Shown one piece after another: positions 41,746-50,300 of a stretch of DNA of 64,000 nt. Every line of letters begins with the position of its first letter. Position 1 is the first letter of the stretch. The stretch is taken from positions 45,854-109,853 of the forward strand of contig CAZCZB010000001.1 of NCBI GenBank assembly GCA_964502995.1, given 5' to 3'. Position numbers and translations under genes: made by a program. Under the pieces are notes generated by a model that worked only from the letters and a program-made list of their open reading frames with translations, was not told the DNA's origin and made no database searches. Source of the stretch: an uncultured Dehalococcoidia bacterium. GTDB taxonomy: Bacteria > Chloroflexota > Dehalococcoidia > Lucifugimonadales > UBA3495.

Positions 41746-42170
41746 AGCATTACCTCCACGGGCGTAATCGTGATGCGGAAGCCGGGCTTGCCCTTGCGGT
41801 ACACCAGCTCGGCGTCGATATGTTTCAGCGCCGGCCAGTCGTCGCTCACCATGTCGCCCTCGTAGTGGACTCCCTCGATTTCCAGGGGGCACACGGCGTC
41901 CATGTAGGGCTTCGCCGCGGCAATCAAGTTTTCCACGCCGCGCCGGCCCTGGGTCGGCACGAAGAACGTTAGCTTGAACACCGCCTGCGCCATCATCAGC
42001 GGCGGGCGGTTGGCCCGTCTGCGCTGCTCATCAATCTGCCGGAACGCAGCCACCTTGACTTCGCGGGTGAGGCGGGCGCGGTAGGCCATACCCGCCTTGC
42101 TGGTGCCCTGGGAGCGGTTCAGTGTCTTGCCGGTCGGCAGGTGGTCGAACTCATACACGATGGGCGTCAT
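41742..42170 (-). CDS. possible RusA-like Holliday-junction resolvase
   Basis: 142 aa. VENLIAAAKPYMDAV...GDMVSDDW loosely resembles the RusA D-x-D-N...D-A...DD pattern. Weak. Confidence 0.4.
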   Translation of the reverse strand: MTPIVYEFDHLPTGKTLNRSQGTSKAGMAYRARLTREVKVAAFRQIDEQRRRANRPPLMMAQAVFKLTFFVPTQGRRGVENLIAAAKPYMDAVCPLEIEGVHYEGDMVSDDWPALKHIDAELVYRKGKPGFRITITPVEVML

Positions 42171-42369
42171 AGCAGTTTGCCCTGCGTGTTGAGTTCACAG
42201 CGGCAGTAGCCCCCGCCATAGCAGAATAGGCAGGTCTGGCATCCAAAGCCTTCCCGTAACACTTGGCGCACAGCCAGCGTCGGACGCGATCTACTCTTGC
42301 AGAGATAATGGCGACGTTGTCGCAGTGGGTGATCCGGTCATAATCGCAATTCACGGGTCTAGGCATCAC
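42151..42369 (-). CDS. small hypothetical protein
   Basis: 72-aa ORF overlapping both neighbours. Confidence 0.4.
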   Translation of the reverse strand: MMPRPVNCDYDRITHCDNVAIISARVDRVRRWLCAKCYGKALDARPAYSAMAGATAAVNSTRRANCYDAHRV

Positions 42370-43078
42370 TAACCTCCATCAGCACAGCCCAGGACACCGG
42401 AAAAGCGCGGGCCATTTCGTCGGCAATCATTTCGGCAACTGAGCGGGTCTCGGGTTGGGCATCAGGCGCCAGCCGTTCACGGCACAGCTTCGCGTAGGCG
42501 AACAGCGAGCCGGTCCACAGCCATGTCGTCAGCGTACACACGGGCAGCACCACGCGGGCTTGCTCCGGAGCGACGCCCATCGTTATCAATTCTCGGTATG
42601 AGGACATCATCTGCGCCACGGCCATTTCCGCGATATAACGGGCGTCCCGTTGCCGAGCGACGGGAAGCCCGCTGACTTGTGGATTGCCGGATTTGCCCGC
42701 CTCTCGCCATTCCTTGGGCAATTCGACCATCGGATCACTGCTGGTGTAGCGCCGGCTGACCTCGTTGCGGGAAACGTCGTTGTCGTCAGCGAAGTCGTCC
42801 ATTTCCACGATGCCAGGCTCATCAGCCCAATACAGCGGGCTAGCTTTCAACCCCACGTGGGAACGGCGAAGCTGCCGCGCCATGTAAAAAGGTATCGTGA
42901 TGCGAAACTGCGCCTGAGGATGGTAAAACGGGCTGTTATGGCCGCTGCGGGCGAGATGGACGATCAGGCGGCTATCCTTGTCGGTAAGCGTATCGCTCTG
43001 GCGGTCGTAAGAGATCCTGGCGGCGTTCACCACCATCAGGTCGTCGCCAAACGTGTCCATTAGTTCAACTTTCGCCAT
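42359..43078 (-). CDS. thyX: ThyX-like (flavin-dependent thymidylate synthase family) protein with atypical signature
   Basis: 239 aa. GHNSPFYHPQAQFRITIP, ...EVSRRYT and EQARVVLPVCTLTTW fit the ThyX fold. The RHR motif reads RRSH and is followed by a ~30-aa insert. Confidence 0.7.
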   Translation of the reverse strand: MAKVELMDTFGDDLMVVNAARISYDRQSDTLTDKDSRLIVHLARSGHNSPFYHPQAQFRITIPFYMARQLRRSHVGLKASPLYWADEPGIVEMDDFADDNDVSRNEVSRRYTSSDPMVELPKEWREAGKSGNPQVSGLPVARQRDARYIAEMAVAQMMSSYRELITMGVAPEQARVVLPVCTLTTWLWTGSLFAYAKLCRERLAPDAQPETRSVAEMIADEMARAFPVSWAVLMEVSDA

Positions 43079-43166
43079 GTTTGTCCTCCGTTTATGAATG
43101 TGGTGATGGTGTTTCCCATACTGTCAAAACGGCCCTCGCCACCCCGAAGGCAACAAAGGTAATCGG

Positions 43167-43448
43167 CTACACCTCCAGCGCCAGGCGCTCGTTGCCGGTA
43201 GCGTCGATGGCGTACACGCGGTCGCCCGGTCGCACGGCTACACCGGCAAACCGGATACCCAATTTCATCAGCCAGTAACCCAGCGTTGCCTTGCTGATGC
43301 CCAAGTCCTGGGCCGCCAAGGCCATGGATTGGTCCCAAAACTCAACGCCGTTCAACCGGTCCCACAGGTAGGTTTCCAACGGGCACTCGATGCGGGCCTC
43401 GACGCTCAACATCCTGCTCGTTTTCTTCTTGCTCATGGTCATCCTCAT
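43167..43448 (-). CDS. HTH DNA-binding protein
   Basis: 93 aa. MALAAQDLGISKATLGYWLMKLGI. Confidence 0.55.
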   Translation of the reverse strand: MRMTMSKKKTSRMLSVEARIECPLETYLWDRLNGVEFWDQSMALAAQDLGISKATLGYWLMKLGIRFAGVAVRPGDRVYAIDATGNERLALEV

Positions 43449-43452
43449 CTTC

Positions 43453-43686
43453 CTACCCCACTGGGTTCAGGTGGGAATAATCGCGTTCGGGGTGCATACC
43501 GTCGCCGGCGCTATCAACGTGGTGGTGCAGAACGCACCAGGGATGCAAGGGTGTTCTGCAAATGGAACAGTGGCGGACCATGCGACCGCTGACCGTCTCT
43601 CCACACTGGGCGCACACGCAATTGCGTGTGGGCTGGCGACGGCGAGGCTTGCGCTCTTCTCTTTTTTTGACGGGCATTGGTCGCAT
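43453..43686 (-). CDS. small zinc-finger protein
   Basis: 77 aa. CVCAQCG...CSICRTPLHPWC. Confidence 0.5.
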   Translation of the reverse strand: MRPMPVKKREERKPRRRQPTRNCVCAQCGETVSGRMVRHCSICRTPLHPWCVLHHHVDSAGDGMHPERDYSHLNPVG

Positions 43687-43727
43687 TCCTCCAACGGCTC
43701 GAATTCAGGGGAATCCCGCCTGTTGGT

Positions 43728-45494
43728 TTAGAGCAGTGCCGCGCCGGCGGGTTCCGGCTCGGTTGCTGGATCTTCGGATGTTGCCGGGTTGTTGCCGGGA
43801 ACCGGCATGGTGCAGAGCGAACACAACCCATCCTCATTGACTTGGGTGCTATCCACCTCCTCGCCGCATCCCTCACACTCCACGCGGACCGCCTGCTTGG
43901 GTCCTTCGCTTGCCTCGGCTCCGTCGCTCTTCTGGTCCGGCGCGGCGCTAGGACTGTTGGACGTCTCAGGTTCCTCGACGGCGTTGGTTGCCGTATCCTC
44001 CGCCTGGGCCACGGCCTCACCCTCAGTCGGCGGTTTTTCGGGTTCCGGCTCGACTTCCTTCACCCGAGGGTCGGAGATCAGCAACTTCGGCTTGTCCACG
44101 ACGTAGCCGCCTTCCTCGGCCGCGTCGCTGATCCGGTCCAGCAACCGTACTTTCTGCTCGCCCTCATCGAGGCGGTCGTACACATCGTTCAGCAGAGCGG
44201 TGTAGTCGGCCGCGCTCTCACAGGCGTTGATGCGGTCGCGGAAGGTCGCGCCCTTCTGATCCGGTTCCTGGGGGATTTCCCCCGTCTCGAAGTCTGCGTT
44301 GCCGAAGTCGTCATCCGCCTGGCGCTGTGGTACGCCGGCCTGGGCGCGGCGGAAATTGGCCGCGTTGGAATAGTCGTCATCGTCCGGGAGCGGAACCACG
44401 CCTTCGGGGGCGTACTCGCCGGCGTGGAGCATTTCATCCCTTTCCTCGTCCGGTTCCGGCACCACTCCCTCGCCGAGGGCCCACATGGGCGACTTTGCCG
44501 CTTCCAGGAGGTTATCCAGCTTGCCCTGCATTTTGAGTTTCAGCACGTACACCGTGATTTTCTTGCCGAACGGGGTGACGTCCTTCGGTTCCAGTGCCAA
44601 GGTCAACGGCACACCAGCGAAGTTGCCGAACAGGTTGAGGTAGGCCACGCTGTCGTAGAAGCCGGTGATGCTGTGAAAACTGCCGGTGTCGATTTGCCAG
44701 ACGCCGTAGCCATCCACATCGGGCATCAGGAACTGGAGGTTCATCACCTCGCTGCACGCGCCGCGAGGGTTGCTGTCGCTGTGATAGTCGGGGCACTCGC
44801 GGCCTCGGCAAACCACATTCGGATAGAGCTGGATGCTGCGGTCGTCGCGGTGCGGGAGCGGCCCCCACACTCCGTTGCCCATTCGGTCCACTCGCTCGGG
44901 ATTCATCTTGCGGTTGGCCCGTTCGCCGTCGCCCTTGCACACCCAGTCGCGGGTTTGCTGATAGGCTTTGTACCAGGTGGGCGCGATGACATCGAGATCC
45001 ATCGTGGGCAGGACGATGGTGAGTTCCTTCGGAAACTCGCCGTACACTTCCCTCACCTCCGGCGGGCAAACGAAGTAGTCGGTCTTGGCCGGGTATTCGT
45101 TACCGTTGGAATGCTTCTTCTTAATGCCGAGCCGGATCTTGCCGATGCGGGGCAACATCCTTTGCCGGTCGTGAGTCAGTCCTCTGATGGGCATGATTTT
45201 GATCTCCTCCAAGTAGGGTTCTAGCGTGCGAAACAGTCGGATGTGTTTGCAGTGGGTCAGTTTCGGCTGGCGCCGATATTTGAAGTCAGCACATCCGCAC
45301 CAGTCCAAAGTCGTCTTGTAGTGAAGCAGTCGCTCCAGAGCGTGGACGAGCTGCTCCTTGGTCAGTGCGTCTGACACGGCGGCATGGGCTGCCTCGCTCT
45401 CCTGGATGCCAACCACCGGTTCCGCGACCAGAGCAGGGCACCCAGCATCGTGCTGGCCATCGCCGAAAAGGACGCCGGCGCAGTCGCAGTCCAT
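43728..45494 (-). CDS. SWIM-zinc-finger-containing large protein with acidic C-terminal half
   Basis: Start at ATG 45494. CGCADFKYRRQPKLTHCKH gives CxC...CxH (SWIM). An internal strong RBS (GGAGGAG) precedes ATG 45194 (MPIRGLTHDRQR...). Confidence 0.6.
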   Translation of the reverse strand: MDCDCAGVLFGDGQHDAGCPALVAEPVVGIQESEAAHAAVSDALTKEQLVHALERLLHYKTTLDWCGCADFKYRRQPKLTHCKHIRLFRTLEPYLEEIKIMPIRGLTHDRQRMLPRIGKIRLGIKKKHSNGNEYPAKTDYFVCPPEVREVYGEFPKELTIVLPTMDLDVIAPTWYKAYQQTRDWVCKGDGERANRKMNPERVDRMGNGVWGPLPHRDDRSIQLYPNVVCRGRECPDYHSDSNPRGACSEVMNLQFLMPDVDGYGVWQIDTGSFHSITGFYDSVAYLNLFGNFAGVPLTLALEPKDVTPFGKKITVYVLKLKMQGKLDNLLEAAKSPMWALGEGVVPEPDEERDEMLHAGEYAPEGVVPLPDDDDYSNAANFRRAQAGVPQRQADDDFGNADFETGEIPQEPDQKGATFRDRINACESAADYTALLNDVYDRLDEGEQKVRLLDRISDAAEEGGYVVDKPKLLISDPRVKEVEPEPEKPPTEGEAVAQAEDTATNAVEEPETSNSPSAAPDQKSDGAEASEGPKQAVRVECEGCGEEVDSTQVNEDGLCSLCTMPVPGNNPATSEDPATEPEPAGAALL

Positions 45495-46015
45495 CAGAAC
45501 TCTCCGTGCTCCTGCCCGTCCCAGCCCACATAGATTGGGAACTCCGGCAACTCGACAGGTTCGGGTTCGCGGTGCATCTTCATGCGCCCGAACACATCGC
45601 CCGGATTGCACCGATCGCAGGCGGTGAGCCAATGGACCGCTTCAAAAAGTATCCCGGTGGGCACGCCGCAGAAATCGCAACGCGCCGCATCGATTTGGTG
45701 AATGAACGTATCGGACGGCTCACGCTCTTCCAATTCGCGGCCGTCAAAAAATGGGTTGTACCTACCGTCGCTATACCGCCAATGCCCTGCTTGCCACCAC
45801 GCCTGGTGACTGCGCCGTTCGGGTCGGGGCTGCGACGGGCAGGCGGGGTAGCAGACAAGGCGCCAGTTGTGGCCGATGATGCCGCGGTCCTCGGTTCCCC
45901 ATTTGGAGCGTCCCCCCTTGCCGCAGAGATCGCACAGGGCAGCGTCCCAAAAGAACCGGAATGGTGCCAACGGTGCCAGCTGCCCGAGGTAGTATGACGA
46001 TTCAACGATGTTCAT
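45494..46015 (-). CDS. Cys-rich hypothetical protein with C-terminal ELPEFPIYV..GQEHGEF tail
   Basis: Start at ATG 46015 (RBS GGAGG). The tail is shared with the 19596..20258 product. Confidence 0.55.
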   Translation of the reverse strand: MNIVESSYYLGQLAPLAPFRFFWDAALCDLCGKGGRSKWGTEDRGIIGHNWRLVCYPACPSQPRPERRSHQAWWQAGHWRYSDGRYNPFFDGRELEEREPSDTFIHQIDAARCDFCGVPTGILFEAVHWLTACDRCNPGDVFGRMKMHREPEPVELPEFPIYVGWDGQEHGEF

Positions 46016-46017
46016 GG

Positions 46018-46347
46018 TCAGTTGCCTCCGTTGTCGCGAAATCCGGGGAGTCCGAACATATCGGCCTGGCGAGTGCGGACCTCGTGAGCGTCCGGGTCCT
46101 CGGCCGGCAGGATGGCGAAGTCGCCGCCCAGCCAGTCCATGAAGCACTCGTCGCACATGGCGACCGTGGTGTCGCCCTCGCATGCATGGAACGGCATTTC
46201 GGTTTCGTGTTCGCAGCGCCAGCAGGTGGTCATAGGCATCTGTGGGAGTTCCGGCTGTTCACCTTCCTGTTCGTCGATGAGTCCATCGACGCGCCTGACG
46301 AATTGATCGACGCTTTCCGCGTCGACGGTAATGGTTGAATCGGGCAT
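46018..46347 (-). CDS. acidic zinc-finger protein
   Basis: 109 aa. CWRCEHE...CDEC. Confidence 0.55.
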   Translation of the reverse strand: MPDSTITVDAESVDQFVRRVDGLIDEQEGEQPELPQMPMTTCWRCEHETEMPFHACEGDTTVAMCDECFMDWLGGDFAILPAEDPDAHEVRTRQADMFGLPGFRDNGGN

Positions 46348-46489
46348 TTTCTATCTACTCCTCGGATGAATGGGACGCACCACGGTGACGATCCCGTCGC
46401 AGACATTGCACGGCTTTCCCGTCGGGCAAACGGCCGGCTGGCCATTCTCGAACTGGGGATGTTTGGGCTTGCGGGCCATGCTGGCCGAC

Positions 46490-46942
46490 CTATCGCCGGG
46501 GCGGCAGGAGCGCAGAGACGGTGGCTTCGACACGCTGGTCGGTGTTGTCAAACACAGCCGCGTCGTCAATCGGCCCGTAGCGTTCTTGGCTGCGCGCGGC
46601 TTCTTGTGCCGCCACGACGCGCTCCTGGTTGGCTTTCATTTCCTTGGCGCGGGGCAACAGTGTCTCCACCAAATGTTCGACCCACACGCCGGGGCGGAAA
46701 ATCTGAGGATGGCCCCAACTGCTGTAGCCCGCAGCAAACACCGTGGTCCACTGCTCGTTGAGATTGACCAAAACGTCGACGTTCGACACGTAAGTGTCGA
46801 GCGTGACGCGGATCTTCTCGTCCTCGTAGATGTCGTACCCACCGTGCTTCTTGGTCCTGTGCTTGGTCTTGAGGTACCGGGCCACCACTGCTGCCGCGGA
46901 CGCGACCATGATGGCCTGGTCTTTATCTGGCTGTGTCATCAC
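46490..46942 (-). CDS. hypothetical protein
   Basis: 150-aa ORF. Confidence 0.55.
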   Translation of the reverse strand: MMTQPDKDQAIMVASAAAVVARYLKTKHRTKKHGGYDIYEDEKIRVTLDTYVSNVDVLVNLNEQWTTVFAAGYSSWGHPQIFRPGVWVEHLVETLLPRAKEMKANQERVVAAQEAARSQERYGPIDDAAVFDNTDQRVEATVSALLPPRR

Positions 46943-46984
46943 TGGATCGTCCGTTTGTTCGGGTTCATCGGGACGGACAACCGA

Positions 46985-47452
46985 CTACGTCTTCACGTCG
47001 ACGCGCTCTTCACGGTCGGTGACCTTGTAGATGCCGGGGTGCTCCTTGGGAGGAAACGCCTTGCGGACTGCCGTGGTATCGATCTTGCGCGGGCCGTACA
47101 GCGAGGGGTATTCGTCCTCCGGGTACTGGTGCCGGAACTCCGGTTCGTCGATGTTGGTCGTGGTGCCGGGAGCTTTGTATTCGAACACCACGCTGGCGTC
47201 GGTCAGGATCGCGCTGGCGCCGACACCGCCGCGAACCACGTCCAGGGCGTCGTTCTTGCCGCTGGTCTCAAGGTGGTCGGCCAGCAGGCGCAATTCCACG
47301 GCCAGGTGAATGCGTTCGCCGGGCGAGTAGGTGCAGCCCGGATCGGTCAGCTCGTCGGCCAAGCGCTCCAGACCGTCTCCGCTCAGCAGCGTCGACAGGG
47401 AGCGCAGGCGCTCGATGGTGAGGGGAGATTGCGGGACAGATTTTTTAGCCAT
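46985..47452 (-). CDS. hypothetical protein
   Basis: 155-aa ORF. Confidence 0.55.
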   Translation of the reverse strand: MAKKSVPQSPLTIERLRSLSTLLSGDGLERLADELTDPGCTYSPGERIHLAVELRLLADHLETSGKNDALDVVRGGVGASAILTDASVVFEYKAPGTTTNIDEPEFRHQYPEDEYPSLYGPRKIDTTAVRKAFPPKEHPGIYKVTDREERVDVKT

Positions 47453-47717
47453 GGGGCCACTCCTTCGGTCGTGGTTGGGCCGGGTCGTCGTTTATCGAAA
47501 AGAACACGACCTTGCCGTCGTCTCTGGCCAGCAGGCTGCATCCGGTCTCCAGCGCCTCGTCCAGCAGCACGCAGATTTCGTCGGCGGTGGTTTCGACGTA
47601 CCACTCCCAGTCGGACGGGGCGTGCATGGGGACCTGCACTTGGCGATCCTTGGCCAGCGTTCTAACCTGGGCTTTATCGGTGACCACCTCGGTCACTGTT
47701 GGAATAGAAATTGGCAT
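47445..47717 (-). CDS. hypothetical protein
   Basis: 90-aa ORF. SD AAAGGAGAGGAA. CCUACAC lies 28 nt upstream of the start. Confidence 0.5.
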   Translation of the reverse strand: MPISIPTVTEVVTDKAQVRTLAKDRQVQVPMHAPSDWEWYVETTADEICVLLDEALETGCSLLARDDGKVVFFSINDDPAQPRPKEWPHG

Positions 47718-47761
47718 AATTTCCTCTCCTTTATGCCTTCGTGCGTGTAGGACGTGATCCG

Positions 47762-47983
47762 TCAGTACGTTTTGAAGGGCCCAGTCGCGTTCTCTTCCGC
47801 GGGCGTAGTTTCTTCCAGCCAGGCTTCCAAGGCCCAGGCCGGCACCAGGCGAGAACGCCCAACCTTTTTGCTGGCGATGTCGCCGCGCAGAAGAAGCTCT
47901 CGCATCTTGGTTTCACCCAGGCCCACGGCTTGAGCAGCCTCGGCCACGCTGTAGGCCAGTCGTTTGATTTCGACCTCAGACAT
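47762..47983 (-). CDS. excisionase/AlpA-type HTH protein
   Basis: Start at ATG 47983. LAYSVAEAAQAVGLGETKMRELLLRGDIASKKVGRSRLVPAWALEAWL is the HTH_17 pattern. Confidence 0.6.
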   Translation of the reverse strand: MSEVEIKRLAYSVAEAAQAVGLGETKMRELLLRGDIASKKVGRSRLVPAWALEAWLEETTPAEENATGPFKTY

Positions 47984-48245
47984 AGCGGCCCTCCTCCATG
48001 CAAGCGTTCTGAGCCTCCGCCAGCAGCATGTTGAACCTGGCCCGCTTCCGGGCGATGTCCCGTTCCAACTCCGCGATGCGGTCGGCGCGGTGCTCACCGG
48101 CCGGCCGGCAGCGCAGCACGGTCAGGCTCTCCCGGTCGTAGGCCAGTTCTCCGGCCAACTTCCGCAAGGGACCTTCGTAGCGGCGCCGAGCCGTGGGTTG
48201 GGCCAGACGTTTCTGTTGGCGTTCCGCGATGGCCAGCGTCATCAC
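47976..48245 (-). CDS. hypothetical basic protein
   Basis: 89-aa ORF, second gene of the rightmost minus-strand operon. Confidence 0.5.
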   Translation of the reverse strand: MMTLAIAERQQKRLAQPTARRRYEGPLRKLAGELAYDRESLTVLRCRPAGEHRADRIAELERDIARKRARFNMLLAEAQNACMEEGRYV

Positions 48246-48487
48246 TCCGTCTCCGGCTTTTCTTTCCCTGCCAATACCCGTTGCCGGGCCTCTTCGGCCC
48301 GATCCAACAGGTCCAGGGCTTCATAGACGTCCGGCTCGAACCCTTCGGGCATGGGGCGCCGGCCGTTCAGGATCGCGCTGAGCGCGGTTTCGTGGATTTG
48401 CAGGATATCTGCGAGTTCCCTGGCCCGGTGTCCACGGGAGGCTATCTGGCCCCGGAGCCGGGCTAGTAATGGCGTGACTTCAGGCAT
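48242..48487 (-). CDS. Cro-like HTH regulator
   Basis: 81 aa. ARELADILQIHETALSAILNGRR. Divergent from the cI-like gene across the operator region. Confidence 0.7.
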   Translation of the reverse strand: MPEVTPLLARLRGQIASRGHRARELADILQIHETALSAILNGRRPMPEGFEPDVYEALDLLDRAEEARQRVLAGKEKPETE

Positions 48488-48511
48488 TGCAGTCTCCTCG
48501 TTTTGCTGGTT

Positions 48512-48532
48512 GATACCAGTAATACTGGTATC
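48512..48532. promoter_or_regulatory. operator O1: perfect 10-1-10 palindrome GATACCAGTA-A-TACTGGTATC
   Basis: Read directly from the sequence. Related imperfect sites at 48548-48566 (AAACCAGTATTACTTGTAT) and a half-site GATACAGTA at 48584-48592. Confidence 0.75.
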
Positions 48533-48542
48533 AGATTGGCGA

Positions 48543-48571
48543 ATCCTAAACCAGTATTACTTGTATGTCAA
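48543..48571 (-). promoter_or_regulatory. candidate cro-side promoter TTGACA-N17-TAGGAT with operator O2 in the spacer
   Basis: Minus strand: TACTTGACATACAAGTAATACTGGTTTAGGATTCG. O1 lies just downstream of the -10. Confidence 0.55.
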
Positions 48572-48618
48572 GTATTTTTGTTTGATACAGTAAGGCCACC
48601 GTTGATAGCGGAGGTGTC

Positions 48619-49290
48619 ATGGCGACTACAAATCTTTTAGGCGGTCGGGTGAAGCGAGCACGTGACCGCGCCAACATGACTCAAGCGGAATTGGCCGATT
48701 GCTTGGGCGTGCGACAACAGGCCATATCCAACGTCGAGACCAACCGCAACGAGTTGAAGTGGGAGATGATTGTCGATTTAGCGAAAGCGCTCAACGTCTC
48801 CGTTGACTACCTAGCCTGTCTGACGGACGACCCCATATCCTGCGACGACCGATTTGTCAGGTCTATCGGCTATGAGTTCGTCGAATACGTACCCATCCAA
48901 CGGGATTTGGCAGTGGCCGGCATCAACATGGGGAATCTTGTTGGCCACGAGGTCGGCGGCTTGCCTTTTCGCCGCTTCCGACTGGAACAGCTCGGCATCG
49001 ACCCGACGAATGCGCGTGTGTTTCGGGTCAAGGGCGATTCCATGTGCCCGACATTGACCGACGGCGGCGCAATCCTGGTGGACTACGCCCAAAGCAGGCT
49101 CTACGACGGCGGGATATTCGTTTTTGAGATAGACGACACCCTGATGGTGAAGCGCGCCCGTTACAGCGACCAATGGATGATGGTCAGCGACAATCCGGAC
49201 CCGGCATTTGCGTCGATTCCCTTCACCGAAGAGGCCATTATCTGGGGGCGGGTGGTCTGGACGTCACGGATTTTCTACGGCAGTAAGTAA
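48619..49290 (+). CDS. CI/LexA-like repressor (XRE HTH + S24 peptidase)
   Basis: 223 aa. MTQAELADCLGVRQQAISNVE HTH. VKGDSMCPTL (Ser) and MVKRARY (Lys) form the autocleavage dyad. Confidence 0.9.
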   Translation: MATTNLLGGRVKRARDRANMTQAELADCLGVRQQAISNVETNRNELKWEMIVDLAKALNVSVDYLACLTDDPISCDDRFVRSIGYEFVEYVPIQRDLAVAGINMGNLVGHEVGGLPFRRFRLEQLGIDPTNARVFRVKGDSMCPTLTDGGAILVDYAQSRLYDGGIFVFEIDDTLMVKRARYSDQWMMVSDNPDPAFASIPFTEEAIIWGRVVWTSRIFYGSK

Positions 49291-49442
49291 TAGGGCAGGC
49301 TCGTTCCTTGCACTCTTGGGATGGCCGACGATGTGTCCGATGCTGAGGGGAACGGCCACCCCAGAATACCAAGCCCGCCTGATCAACCTAGAACTGGAGA
49401 AATGACGTTGACGAAACTACCGACGCTCTTCCAAGGAGAACC

Positions 49443-50294
49443 ATGAAACTCACCAAACGAATCGGTATTCTGATAATCGCCGTAGCCGTCATCGCGGCTG
49501 CGATAGTCGGATCGGTCGTTGCCGCCGGCGATGCCCAAAAGTTCACCACCTGGCAGGCCGCATTTGACCACCTGACCGGTCGCGTGGCGGACCTGGAGGC
49601 CAAGCACAGCATCGTCTGCTCCACGCTCGTGGACGAGTACAACGTCGGTCACCGGGCGTCCAGCACCGACACTGAGCAGGAATCGCACGACCTCGGGATC
49701 GGCAAGGTCGAAGATTACCTGGATAAGGCAACCAGCGGGACCCACTACGAAACGAGCTGGACGCGAGCCGGAGCGGAGGCTGAGTACAAACGATGCACTC
49801 CCGTCAGTCAGACCTCCAACACCCCGAAACCAACTTCCACCACGCCGGCGCCGTCATCGACCACGACCTGCACACCGGACGATTACGACCGCCAAGAATG
49901 GGGCGACTACCCGGCCGCCAATGCTGATGCAACGCCCCGGTGGACGTTGCCCGCAGACAATGTAAATTCACCGGGCATCACCCAGGACCACCATGTTGCG
50001 CTGAAGGACGCCCACGTATCCGGCGGATGCGATTGGTCGGAGGCTCGGAAAGATACCTTTTCCGACGACACCGGCAACCTGAACCCGACCACTCGGTCGT
50101 TCAACTCCAGCAAGGGGAATCGCACGCCCGACCAGTTGACGGGTATCGCGCTGCGCATCATTGATACGCCTGTTGAGAAGTGCGCTTATGCCACTCAACA
50201 CGACGCGGTGAAACGCAAGTACGGCCTGACCATGACGGACAGTGAGCAAACGACCGTGACCGCTTGGCTCGCACTCTGTTCGTCCGAGAGGTAG
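49443..50294 (+). CDS. membrane-anchored DUF1524/His-Me-finger nuclease-like protein
   Basis: N-terminal TM GILIIAVAVIAAAIVGSVVAA and a Thr/Pro linker. DYDRQEWGDYP...QDHHVALKDAH...GNLNPTTRSFNSSKGNRTP resembles secreted DUF1524 nucleases. Confidence 0.6.
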   Translation: MKLTKRIGILIIAVAVIAAAIVGSVVAAGDAQKFTTWQAAFDHLTGRVADLEAKHSIVCSTLVDEYNVGHRASSTDTEQESHDLGIGKVEDYLDKATSGTHYETSWTRAGAEAEYKRCTPVSQTSNTPKPTSTTPAPSSTTTCTPDDYDRQEWGDYPAANADATPRWTLPADNVNSPGITQDHHVALKDAHVSGGCDWSEARKDTFSDDTGNLNPTTRSFNSSKGNRTPDQLTGIALRIIDTPVEKCAYATQHDAVKRKYGLTMTDSEQTTVTAWLALCSSER

Positions 50295-50300
50295 TTCAAA

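Noticed and set aside
47745-47765. A possible seventh hammerhead at CUGACGGAUCACGUCCUACAC, and a similar CUGACUCGCGCG at 4164-4176.
   Set aside because: Only the CUGA(N) part is present. There is no G8-A9, no stem II hairpin and no GAAA/stem III, so no hammerhead fold is possible. Only the CCUACAC leader motif is retained.
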